Made by a program: the position numbers and the translations under genes. The notes under the pieces are model-generated. The model made no database searches. It worked only from the letters and a program-made list of their open reading frames with translations, and was not told the DNA's origin. From NCBI GenBank assembly GCA_002269645.1, contig NIVC01000255.1, positions 496,001-560,000 of the forward strand: a stretch of DNA of 64,000 nucleotides. The letters are read 5' to 3'. This DNA comes from Macrostomum lignano. Taxonomy: Eukaryota. This document shows positions 22,596-33,980 of this stretch, piece after piece (the first letter of the stretch is position 1; each line of letters opens with the position of its first letter).

Positions 22596-24129
22596 CTCGT
22601 GACTAACTAGTAACGTATATGCTTAATTATTGGTGCTAATTTGCTTGATTAATATGTACAGCTATGCCTAGTGCTAACATATTTATATGCTTCATACCCA
22701 GTAAAAAAAGTAAAAAAGGTAGTCGGAATAAGATCGGGATGTCCGGTCGGAATTTGTCAGTAAAGTGGCTCGTGCAATCTAATCGTTTTCTGGTCGGAGT
22801 TTTCCTCCAGAGGTCGCTAATATTCGACTAAATTACGATTAGGTTGTATTTTTCAGAAATTTGCTTTTGCACTGGCTAGCTTGCATAAAAAGAAACAAAT
22901 TGGTTTTCAAAGTACCTAGCAAAATATTATATTATTTAAAATATTATTCTGCCTGAAGAGTGAAGCACAATAGTGATCGGCTATTTAATTTACTCAATGC
23001 ATAGCATATTATGCAATTATAAAGATTACAGTATGCAATTTCTGTTGGTCTGGAGCTCTTGCACTTTCAGAAGCTCTGGATGGCCTTTTGATGCAATCCA
23101 GAGAGAACTCGGAGGATAGGGTCCTGCATGGAGTAATTTAGAGAGTTAATGGCATGATCAGCAGACCAGTTGGGCACCTGCACTGTCATCAGAAAGATTT
23201 GGAAATAAAAAATAAAGACAATAGTTGTCTTTAGGCAATGCAAGAAAAAATGTTCGCGATCTTCTTTAGAACTGGTATAAAAGCAATTTGAATATACTAC
23301 GAGCGTATAAGAATAAAATACACAAAGAACACATACCTTTAAAGATCTCGCCAAAGTACGCATTGAAAGACAATTTGATCTTTGATCCTTGTCAGCCAGT
23401 CAGCCCTTCCAAGATCCTTTTCCCCAGTCTTGAACTGAACCTAGAGATCCACGTTATGAGCTTTTCCATCATGTAGCAAACCGACTGTGGCATCTTTGCA
23501 CTAATGCACTATATCTGGAGCAGCAGTGTCTGAAATAGAAGCAGCAGCCATTGATAAAATAATATAGCATGCTCAGTAAAGCTAAAACTAGGGGCCTACT
23601 CTTAGTCTAGCAGAGCCTTATGATGACTAGGAAAATTATATATTCTAAGGAAACAATGCTCTTTGTGGATAATCTATGCTTAATTATTTTGGCCGCTAAC
23701 CCATTATCTATTTTGCTATTATAACTTTAGTAAAAAGGAGCCTGCCAAACTGCTACCTTACTATTATCATTATTTTTTAAACCTGTGTTTATGCAAGGAC
23801 TTCTAGATAATAGGAACTGGACGGGAAAGCTGTTTTTATAGCGTACCAGAGGTGGCTTACTGTTTGTGGAGTTTAAGGCTAGTTTTACTACAAAATACCA
23901 ATTAAAATAACCTTTTGAGGTGAATTTCATTGAATAAATAGACAAATTAATGAACAGAGAAATTTTATTACTGAAGAGTAGATGCCAAAGTTATTCATTA
24001 TACGAGGTATAACGTTTTTCATAGAACTACAAGGTGCGCTGTTTTGAAAAGAACTACAATCGCAAGCATGCAGCATAAATGAAATTGATGAGGACGCACT
24101 TTTTCCCAAATCGGAGCACGCATCGGAGC

Positions 24130-24795
24130 ACGGTACGGAGCTGGCCTACTCCTGGGCCGACATCGATAACAGCCTATGGCGCGTAATTCTCGGCGAGGCC
24201 TACGAAGCGCTGAGCCGACACTTCCGCGAGGCTGAAAGTGCGGGTCCGTGGCCGACGGCGACGAGGTGGCCAAATCTAGCGGCTGGCGCCGCTGCAGCTG
24301 AGCAACCCAGGGCGGGCGGTCCTGTACCTGGCTCAGCTGCTCACCTTCCCCTGCCCGGCGGCGGTCGATTGCGGCTTGACTCCTGCGGCAACTGCTAATA
24401 TCATCTCCATGTTGAGCCGGCACGAAGTCCATCTGACGGCTCTGCAGATGGCCATGTACGCCCGACTAGTGCTGGGCTTACGTAGCGCCGACACTATCGT
24501 TTTCCACGATGGTTTGCTTGCGTTAGCTACCGACCCTACCCCAGCGCTGCTCATCTACGCGCCTCACCAAGCGGGTGAGTGGGCCGCGCAGCTGGCGCTG
24601 CAAGATTGCCTGGCGTCGACGGTGTTGTTTTTGGCGGTCGGCGAGGCCCCCGAGAATTTTTGTCATGCCGAAGCAAATTTCAGCCCCCTATTCTTTTCTT
24701 TTTGTGCTGCTATGCCCCTTGTAAATATATCCTCTTATTGCGTGAACTATTGCTTTCTCATATTATCTTTTGTATCCCCCCTGATTCCCCTGTAA
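24130..24795 (+). CDS. GC-rich orphan coding-like segment (probably frameshifted)
   Basis: GC island within AT-rich DNA; reads ELAYSWADIDNSLWRVILGEAYEAL... then in another frame LYLAQLLTFPCP...LHDGLLAL. No family recognised. Confidence 0.3.
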
Positions 24796-25534
24796 ATACC
24801 CCCCTGGTGCTTTGAAAATGCGTTTCTATATTTATATTCAATGTTGTGCTACTATTTATTTCCGCGTATTTATCTCTGTGTTGTCATTATTTTGCAAGCG
24901 CGTCAAATCAAAGTGCTTAATTTCTTGCTTGCTCATTTTATAAATGTCGTGTCATGCTATTTGTATCCATATCAGTAGCGTTTTGTGTATTTTGCTTATT
25001 TTTCGTGAAAAGTTCACCAAATGGTGGCGGAAATGGTGGCGGACGCATGTGTCGTGTGCGTGTACGTGACTGCTTGTTTATTTTGCCTAATTTGACATGA
25101 ATGCTCTTCAAAATTAAACATGCAATGGCAGCCTTGGAATTGATTCTTGGTCTGAGTTAAAATTGAAATTTAGGACTTCTCGTGTTACTAAACTCACTGA
25201 GCTGAAGCGAATAAACAAATTTAGTATAGGTCAGATAGGATAATTAAAATAGAAGAATACTAGGCATAGTTAAACTAATAAGGTCTTAAATAGACTTTTA
25301 AGTTTAATATTAATATTAATATAAGTGTACATGCCTAACGATAATATAAAGTTATGGCCGCTGTACACTCCTGTGTGAGTGTGTGCCTGCGTACGTATCC
25401 GCGCGCTTGTGTGCCTGCTCGGGGGAGTCGGCGGAATGGGCAGTAATGCCTCTCGCCGGTTGTGTGCCTATGTCGCTTAAAGTGCGCCAGGGTGCTCACA
25501 ACCCCCCTGCCTCTAATAAAAAAAGTCAGCTCTG

Positions 25535-26752
25535 TTGCAAGAAAAGTGGGCACTTCGTAAGTTCAACGAGGTGCTTTCAAGCAAGAACTACGCCTGCGAT
25601 CTGAATACAGCCGATATCGAACAGTTAGTCACTGGCTTGCGATTCTTCTATGCTTTTGTTTGTAAAATTGACGATGGCTTCTATGCCCCTGCTTCGTTGA
25701 TTACCAATCGAGCTGGTGTTTTCCGCTATTTGCTGCGTGTCCGTGACGTTAATATTATCGAGGATCCGCGCTTTGCAAAGGCCAACATGCAATTGAAGGC
25801 TACAGCCGCCATGTGCATCAGATCAGGCGGCACCGTCAGACAGTTCTGCGCCTTGGAGACAAAGGATCTAGAAAAGCTGCGCCGCTACTTCGATCGAAGT
25901 AGCCCGACCATTTTGCAGCAGGATGTCTACTATGTATTAGCCTTGCAGTTTGGCTTGCGTGGACGCGAATGGTTCCGTAAGCTAACTACGGATTCTATTG
26001 AGAGATGCAACATCAATGGGCGACGCGAATTCAGGCTGGCATCAATGGAAACCAAGACTGTTCGAGGAAGTTTAGAAGCGCGGACCTCAGAAGATAGGAA
26101 GCAGAGTGTGATTGTCGAAACCTTTGAAATATGATGCCCCTACGAGTGTGTTGAGCTTTACATGAGCAAGATCGAAGAGGCCAACAGAAAAGAGGGAGTG
26201 TCAAGCTCCGTTGTGTTCATACGTCCCCGAGTACGCGGCTTTGCAGAGTCGTGGTATTTTGCTAAGCAGGTTGTAGGCGTCAACACTCTTGGGAACATGA
26301 TGAGTGGCATCTCCAAAGCGGCTAATTTGAGCAAGATTTATACTGGCCACTGTCTAAGAGTCACCCTGGCAACCGAGTTGAGTGCAGCTGGAGTGTCCCT
26401 GAGGGATATCAGCGCTGTAACGGGACACAAAACTGAAACAGCTGCACAAAGGTACATTCGGAACAGCAGAAAGCGTGACGGAAAGATGGCTGGGCTGTCT
26501 GTAAGGATCAGTTCCATCGGCGAGGAAAAGAGCGCAAGGATAGAGAGCCCGCACGAAGAGGTGCGTCTGCCGACGCCCGGCTCAGAGGTACCGGCTGATG
26601 CGTTGCTACCGGAGACCAGTGCTCAGACCGATGTGCGACAGCAATCATCTACAGCCACCAAGGCTGGAATGGAGATGCAAACGTTGGCTACAGCTATATC
26701 GGGCACATTCAAAAACTGCCAAATCCACGTACATATTTCGAACGTGACTTGA
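25535..26752 (+). pseudogene. Crypton/DUF3504-type tyrosine recombinase with one in-frame TGA (26132-26134)
   Basis: N-domain KWA..F...LRFFY...DG.Y.P.SL...RA; catalytic R (GLRGRE), H-x-x-R (HCLR), H (GHK), Y (QRY). The two ORFs are in the same frame (EI*CPYECV). The true start is not seen. Confidence 0.85.
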
Positions 26753-27094
26753 TCCGGCGTACAGCTTGGACCGATTTATACTAAATCCGTTGATTGTTTT
26801 GTTCATATTAGGTTTTTATAATGTTACAAACTTGTTTTTTCATATTAAGTTTTTATAATGTTACAGCTGCTAAATATAGCATTAAGTAGTTAGCTCAGAC
26901 GTTGGCTTCGGCCATAGACATTCAAAGCGTGCAACAATCTGGCTTGATTGCTATACCCCTAAAAACCCCTCCAAAATGATACAATGGTCCAGCACAGTTT
27001 TCTCAGTCTTGTCAAATACTCGCTTGCATAGTTGACAAGTCTGCTGAAGCTTCTTGTTGGATTTAATATTGAGATATTCACTAGCAATCTACGC

Positions 27095-28560
27095 CCCCCG
27101 TTGGGGAGCCAAAGAAATGCAATACACGTTTTTTTAATAAGCTACATGTAGCCTTGAAATCTTAAAAAATCTACTGTCAAACTTCTAACCCTAACCAAAA
27201 CCCTAAATTCAATATTCTGTCTATGAGTTTTTGCATGATCGATGCTTCTATGATTTTTGGCATGACGCTTCCATTGTTTTTGCATGACGCTTCCATTATT
27301 TTTGCATGATGCTTCCATGATAAACATTCTTAATAAGGTACATGAGCTAAGTTATAAGCTCCTTAACCCTAACCCTAACCCAAATCTTAACATAATAACC
27401 CTGAACCTAACCTTAAACCTAAACCCTAATACCAACCCTAACACTAACCCTACAGCCTGACATCTGCATAAGTTTGTGAAGTGCTAGTAGTATTTTTTAG
27501 CTTAGTATCTTAGCGTTAGGGAGCCAAAAATGCAGTACAAGTTTTGTAATAAACTACATGTAGCATCTCTTAGCAACATACCTCAGAATTGTCCCTTGTA
27601 AGCCTTGAAATGTCAGTAATTCCCCCACAAGCTTTAACAAATCAACTTCCCCCCTTGACATCTCAGCGATGCCCCCAAAAAGCCTTGAAATCTAAAAAAA
27701 TCTGTCAACCTTCTAACCCTAACCCTAACCCTAGCCCAACCCTAACCCTAACCCTAACCCTAACCCTAACCCTAACCTAACCCTAAAGCATTGAAATTTC
27801 AGTTTTCTGAGTCATTATAGCACTACTACAGCATTATAGCGATTCCCTGCAAGCCTCGACATCGTAGGGATTCCCAAATGAATCTCTTAACTTCGACATG
27901 AAGCTTCTTTTATTTTTACATTACGCTTTTTCTATCAGCGAGCCCTGAGGAGTCAACAAATAATGTAATAAAAAGTTTTCAATAAACTACATGTAGCTTC
28001 TGACTTAAGCCTTGAAATCTCATTTATACCCCGTGAGCCTTGACATGTCAGCGATGCCCCCATAAATCTTGAAATCTAAAAAATCCCTTGTTAACCTTGA
28101 AACCCGATAAAATATAACCCTCAACCCACACTTGACCTAAACCTAACTTTAACCCAACCTAAAGCCTTGAAATCTCAGCAATTCTTCTCCCCTAAGCCTT
28201 GGAATTTTAGTGATTCCTTCTTTAAGAATCACAGCACTATAACGATTTCCACCAAGCTTTGACATCGTAGCAATTCCCAAATGAATCTTTTAACTTCGAC
28301 ATGACTTTTCTTTTATGTATACTTAGTGCTACTTTTATTTTTTACATGACTCTTCTTCTATCAGCGCCTCCCCCCGTGGCGAGCCAACAAAGAATGTAAT
28401 AAAAAATTGAGTAAAGTACATGAACTTTGAAGTAGCTTCTGACTTTTGCTTTGACATCTCAGAAACCCCCCCCTGTAATCTCAGTTATTCTCTGTGAGCC
28501 TTGACGTCTCAGTAATTCTCCCCAGCACAGCATTATAGCTGCATTTAATTTTTACATGAC
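27095..28560. repeat. Degenerate ~420-430-bp tandem unit (about 4 copies)
   Basis: Recurrent GAGCC-AAA..AATG..AATAA.CTACATGTAGC..CCTTGAAATCT blocks near 27105, 27520, 27945, 28380. Confidence 0.6.
27714..27786 (-). repeat. Interstitial telomeric repeat (TTAGGG)n, ~12 units; degenerate patches at 27185-27205, 27363-27452, 28120-28160
   Basis: (CCCTAA)n on the + strand. Confidence 0.9.
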
Positions 28561-28599
28561 ACCTTCATGTCTGACATGTCGCTTCCTTTATTCTACCAT

Positions 28600-29222
28600 G
28601 ATGCTTCTTAATTTTTTAAATGACACTTTCATTAGTCTTTAAATGAGGCTTCTATGATTTTTCATGACGCTTCTATGATTTTTACATGATGCTTCTATGA
28701 TTTTTTATATGACGCTTCTATGATTGTTCACACGACGCTTCTATGATTGTTTACATGACGCTTCTATGATTGTTTACACGACGCTTCTATGATTGTTTAC
28801 ATGACGCTTCTATGATTTTTACATGACGCTTCTATGATTGTTTACATGACGCTTCTATGATTTTTTACATGACGCTTCTTTGATTTTTACATGACGCTTC
28901 TATGATTTTTACATGACACTTCTATGATTGTTTACATGACGCTTCTATGATGTTTATATGACGCTTCTATGATTTTTACATGACGCTTCTATGATTTTTT
29001 ACATGACGCTTCTATGATTTTTACATGACGCTTCTATGATTTTTACATGACGCTTCTATGATTGTTTACATGACGCTTCTATGATCGTTTATATGACGCT
29101 TCTATGATTGTTTATATGACGCTTTTATGATTTTTTACATGACGCTTCTATGACTTTTTAGATGACGCTTCAATGATTGTTTACATGACGCTTCTATGAT
29201 TTTTACATGACGCTTCCATGAT
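28600..29222. repeat. Satellite A, 22-23-bp unit CATGACGCTTCTATGATT(G)TTTA
   Basis: About 27 tandem copies; a small patch also at 27240-27320. Confidence 0.95.
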
Positions 29223-29264
29223 TTTTTAGTTTTCTTGGCGTTAAAAAACTTTAATTAAAAAACT

Positions 29265-29332
29265 CTCTAAAAATTCGAACCATCGTCGCTGCATTTGGCA
29301 GTTCAGTTTGTTCACCTCTAGGCTAGTTCTCA
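29265..29332 (-). pseudogene. tRNA-derived segment (A box/B box) in Helitron-like copy A
   Basis: Minus strand TAGCCTAGAGGT (29325-29314) ... GGTTCGAAT (29281-29273); homologous to 49233-49292. Confidence 0.55.
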
Positions 29333-29819
29333 TCGTTTTGATAACATCAAATTTTGCACTTACTATAATTCAACACTTTAAAATCCAAGCATAGAGTAAA
29401 TCACACGAAGCAGTTATGACATAATCAGTTTCTCAGTCAGTCAGTATCAGTTAACAATATGGTTACGCAATTTAAATCAAGTCTGGTGCTACGCTTCCAC
29501 ACTGCATTTTCAATTCAAGTCGGAGTTACAATTCAGTTATGATGCAATCTATTTCAGAATCAGAATTCAACCAGTCAGTTTTTTCTCTAGCATTCTTACA
29601 ATGCATTTCAAGTCGAAAAGTTTGCTTGACCTTTGCAAAAAAGCATGTTTTTCGAATATTTAATCCCTTTAACATGGAGCAATTTCTTAGCCAAGATGCA
29701 TGTACCGTCCCAGGAAAATTTCTGATCGAACAGTGCAAGTCTCATGAAAATCGGTTAAGCTATTTTTTCTCTAATCGATTACAAGCAAGCAAGCAAGCAA
29801 GATTTTCATTTTTAGTATA

Positions 29820-30858
29820 TAGGATGTAGCAAGGGAGTAAACGTCTCAGTCTGAGCATGCAGACAAATCTCGCTGGCAATGGTTTGAAGTTTGCGTAAAA
29901 ACAGTCGAACACAATTCTCACCATGTGTTTGCGAGTAAATTACTCCACAAGGTTTTTTGTCGTTCATTCAAACTGCTGCATCCAGTCTTGTGTCAATTGC
30001 AAACCTTGGCAAGTTATCAGACGATAGGCCAAACAAATTGGTACGTGGACTTCAAGCGGCTTCGAATTACAAGTCTTCTTTACATTTGCTTCATTAGTTG
30101 CAGATGCACATAGACATTCCATGTCTGCGTACAAGACATACAACGAAGGCAGTTTTGCCTCGTCTGATTTAAATTTCAAAATTGCGTTTTCTGGTTTCGG
30201 CATTTCTTCTTGCGATTGATGGCGAATCTCGCGGAATTGAGGCACAAAATCCGAACTCCATTCAATATTAGAAGCTGACGATGATGACACGTTACCACCT
30301 TCACATCAATGCTCCTTGAGAATATAGTCCCACGAAGTTGAGCAAGGAAACGAAGCCGCGCACTCCGGACAATATCGTCGCTGTTTTCCTCGCTTGCTCA
30401 ATAAGTACCGGTTCAAATTGCGAATTGGTAAAAAATGACCAAATTCAAAATCGTCATACCGCTGCACAAACAGGCAGCTTGCAAAATAACGATCGCCATC
30501 ATATTTGCTTTTGTGCGAGTAAAATAATGTGCTCGTCTTGGTCTCTTGATCCCACACAAATACTCGTAAACTAACTCTCGGATTGCGTCGGCAGTTTGTA
30601 CGATCTACTTGAATGGCGAGCTGGCCCATTAGCATGTCGACCAAAATTAAATTCTCTCATCCATTGCACATAACTGTCTTTCCTTTTCGCATATTGCACA
30701 CAAGGATGAAATATACTCGCCAATATTGAGTAGCGAAAACAGTCGTACTGATTTGCTCTGTGCGGCTTTAGAAGCAGTACTGCTCCAGCTTTGCGCCCGA
30801 TTGAGACTGGAACTTTAAACACTCGCTGTTTAATCGGACAGGACCGGACTCCCCGCGC

Positions 30859-30890
<32 letters not shown>

Positions 30891-31642
30891 GCTGCCGCCG
30901 CCGCCGCCGCCGCCACCGCCACCACCGCTGCCGCCGCCACCGCCGCCGCCACCACCACCACCACTGCCGCCGCTCGCCCCCACACCACCGTGGGACGTAT
31001 TTGTTGACAGTTTACTTGCATGGCTTTTGCGATAAACGCAGAGCATCAAGTCTAGCTGCTTGATTGCTCTATATTGCCAATTACTACCTCGAGATTGAAA
31101 ATTGTCAATTTTTATTAACAACTGATTAATAACGCGTGCGAACCAGTCATTGTAGGCCTCGGGAGATAACAGCATGTCACTGTTTGCAATCGTCTCATCA
31201 AATGATATTGTCGCAATGTTGGTATTCAAATAGACCGAAATGATCTCTTCGCTGTTCGAGCCATTGTAGTCGTCTGCTGCTGCTTTCGGTCGAAATAGTT
31301 TCACTTTCAAGTGAAAGCAGAGTCTTATTAATAAACTGCGTGAACCAATTTTTTCTAATATTTAAAATATTGTTCTCTTAAAGACGCAATCAACTCGCCA
31401 GAGCTGTTGTCTTGTTGTTTAAGAGTGGGAGTAAATTCGACAAAATTTACCCGACCAAGATAAGCTGACTCGCGAAAAGCGATGGACCACACATCTGGTG
31501 GTTTTCCGATCAGATTTTGCAGCGATCCGGTCAGTAACCGTTGCGGCGAAAAACAATCACAATGCGAGTGAGCATGCAGCTCGGCTTGATTACTGAACTT
31601 TTTTCTGTAGATTTGGCATTGTGCACGCGGCATTTTGTGCAC
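29820..31642 (-). pseudogene. Fossil N-terminal part of a Polinton/Maverick/adintovirus-type protein-primed family B DNA polymerase
   Basis: C2H2-like CQIYRKKFSNQAELHAH; FQSRGSNW..AI..L.L...Y; CFRYSILA..HP; GHFLPIRNLNRYL..YCPEC..F; MP....LKF....L.YVLYADMECL (ExoI-like). Several stops and frameshifts; polymerase catalytic domain absent. Confidence 0.72.
30858..30973. repeat. (GCC/ACC)n trinucleotide microsatellite; poly-Gly on the minus strand
   Basis: About 38 triplets, in frame within ORF 30768-31310. Confidence 0.95.
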
Positions 31643-33027
31643 CTAGCTAGTGCACTCAACGAGCGTATCGAGCATAATACTAATAGATGATCCGGTTTGT
31701 CATTTGCGGCTGTAAGAAAAATGAGTTATAGGTATAGCTGACACGTTTACTATTAGAAAACAATTGGTAAATAAATGAAAAAACAAGACAAAATGTTTGT
31801 AAAATAATGCATCGCAACTGCGATTAGACAGCAATTGTTTACTTGTTAAGTTTAGTTATTAACAGAGATAAAAAATCCTTGACATGGTTAAGAATATTAT
31901 TCAATTCATGAGTGTTTTGAACGCCCATAATACCAAACTTTTTCGAAAAAAATATGTTACAAAAAAGCCTTGGTTCTGATGCTGATCTAACAGAAACTGC
32001 TTGTGGGAAATTTTCTGCGTCGTATCCAACCAGATAATTCGAATAGTAGCCTGCATATCTTTTTAGACTAGAGAAACCGAATTTTGGCCAAAGATGACCA
32101 ATAAAGCCGGCATAGGTACTGCTCTGAATTTTTACTGAATCAAAATCTACACAATTAATAGTGTCGTTGATAAATCGTAAAACTGAGACTATCGAAGAAT
32201 TTGATTTACAGCCATTCTAGTTAGTTTTCCTGCTGGATAAAGTTAGATTTTAGCGTTTGAATAAATTGTCTTTAGCATTGTTGGTCGGCTTAGGAATAGT
32301 TTGCAAAACCGATTTCTGGTCTGTAGCTTCTGTTTGGTCTGCTTTAAATCAAATTTTTCAAACGGGCGCAGCTTCACTCTAGTCACCCAGATTGCGTGAA
32401 AATTGGGAGAAATTGCAATTAGATTGACTAAATTATGACAATTGTAATTTTCTTATGAAGTGATTGAAAGAAGTGCATTACGATTGCGCAAGACTATTGC
32501 AATTTTTATATTTATCGTAAGGAGCAGTCTACATTACTAAAAGTAGAAAATGTTTAGCATTAGATTGCAGGAATTGCAATTTTAGTGTGGTGTGGTTTGG
32601 CGACTGAATTTAGCAATTTTGTAAAGAAAACTATCAAGAAAAAAATAATGAAGCTACTGTACTATAATTGAAGCGCACAAAGTACAAAAATTACGAAGTT
32701 AACCATTTTTATATTTTATTTGTTATGCTCATAGAAGCAGCTTTGTATTGAACAAAGCTAAGTTAGGAAAGTTTCACTGCACGTTAAACTACCCCGCGCC
32801 GCGTATAGTAGGCTGAATGAAATTTATAAATTAATGACATGACTTGTTACCTATTATCAGCTTGTTGGTTAATTTGGTTAAATCATAAATTTATCAATTG
32901 TAGTGGCTAGGCTATCTAAGGTTAGGCCTACCTAACTAAAGAAGACTATCTATGTCTACTTACTTAGGCCTATACTATGTTATATTTGTAACATAGGCCT
33001 AGATATTTATGGAAGATTATAAGTATT

Positions 33028-33932
33028 TGTAGTGACTGGCTGCTAACTGGTTATTCAGCAGCATTCACTAGCTTTCCCTAAGAGTGCTGTGGTCCGCTGC
33101 ACAGTAGCTCAGTCCACCTGATCTAGTGAGAGAGATACCCTGTGCTGGGCCTAAGTGTTTACTGCCCGATGACTCATCGCCTGAGCAGGCGCGGGCAGCC
33201 ACACTCAATGTCTTCCCACTCGCGCTAAGGAGGCGTAGCAGCATGACTCATCACCTGCGCGGAGTGTAATGGCTGCCTAGAGGGAGTAAACAGGATGACT
33301 CATCCGCCCATGTTCTATTTTTAGCACAGAAAAGCACGTGCCTGTGCACGCACACTGTGCGTGGCCACTGACCTTGAGTCCGCCACTGCTGCGTGACAGG
33401 GTTGCCTTATTTGGAAGTTGGCCTCGAATCACGCGTCGCTTGCATGATTTTTGTGACCAAATAAGGAAGTTTCACGCGCTCACCGCATGAAACTCACGTG
33501 ACTTTTGGGGGTCCGCTCGGCTATAAATACGAAGCATCTGGGAGCCATTTTTCTCCAGACTGCGTCGTCTCGCGGAGCATCGTGGCTGACTCGTAAAGCC
33601 TTTTCCGAGCTCTCCTCTCTCATTTCAGGTTTTTCAGGTTTTCAGGTTCGAGCAGCATTCTACCAAGACGATCGACTGTCGAGACATTTTTCAGATTTGC
33701 CTTTGCTCCGAGCGACTTCGTTATTTTATTTCAGGTGACGGATAGACAACTCTGCCGACGCGTCGAGTCCGCACATCAAGGTGGCAGCAACCCTACCAAG
33801 TCAAGGCTAACGTTTTAGGTTCATTATCAGGCAAATCGATAGGTAGTACAACGGTGCTATCTAGCTACTTCAGGAGCAGCGGGTTCTATTTCTAGAAACA
33901 TCTTCAAGAACCCGAGAAGGAGTAGTAATTCA
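33028..33932 (+). repeat. Putative 5' LTR (~905 bp) of the second gypsy element
   Basis: Starts TGTAGTG after AT-rich DNA; TATAAAT 33522-33528; ends TTCA 1 nt before the PBS at 33934-33951. The left boundary is inferred because there is no second copy. Confidence 0.65.
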
Positions 33933-33933
33933 C

Positions 33934-33951
33934 TGGTGGCAGCGGTGGGAT
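33934..33951 (+). promoter_or_regulatory. tRNA-Leu primer-binding site
   Basis: TGGTGGCAGCGGTGGGAT, identical to the array PBS. Confidence 0.85.
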
Positions 33952-33980
33952 TAAAGGAGTACTTCAATGGTGGCACAGCG

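Larger units (their letters stand above)
1927..22599 (+). mobile_element. Tandem array of a Ty3/gypsy LTR retrotransposon (3 internal regions, 4 LTRs, shared LTRs)
   Basis: Near-identical repeats with periods 7862/7864 bp; TG...CA LTRs; gag, PR, RT, RH, INT order; CTCG directly flanks both ends of the array. Confidence 0.97.
27081..29590 (-). mobile_element. Non-autonomous Helitron-like element, copy A
   Basis: On the minus strand it ends CCCC-AAC-GGGG hairpin, TAGATTG, CTAG|T (27084-27081), matching 52013-52042. Internal homology to 48990-49300. The 5' end is not defined. Confidence 0.6.

Noticed and set aside
22596-22610. TGACTAA at the array's target site as a targeting signal
   Set aside because: A single site cannot show preference, and a 7-mer match is plausible by chance.
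25345-25530. Similarity to 48655-48750 (GTGAGTG...GAGTC..GGCG..GAATGG.CAGTA)
   Set aside because: Too short and gapped to support by eye; it needs an alignment score.
27714-27786. True chromosome end
   Set aside because: It is a short tract flanked by complex sequence on both sides.
30791-31063. Arg/His-rich and poly-Ala ORFs
   Set aside because: They are alternative frames of the GCC/ACC microsatellite; the Gly frame fits the flanking polymerase motifs.
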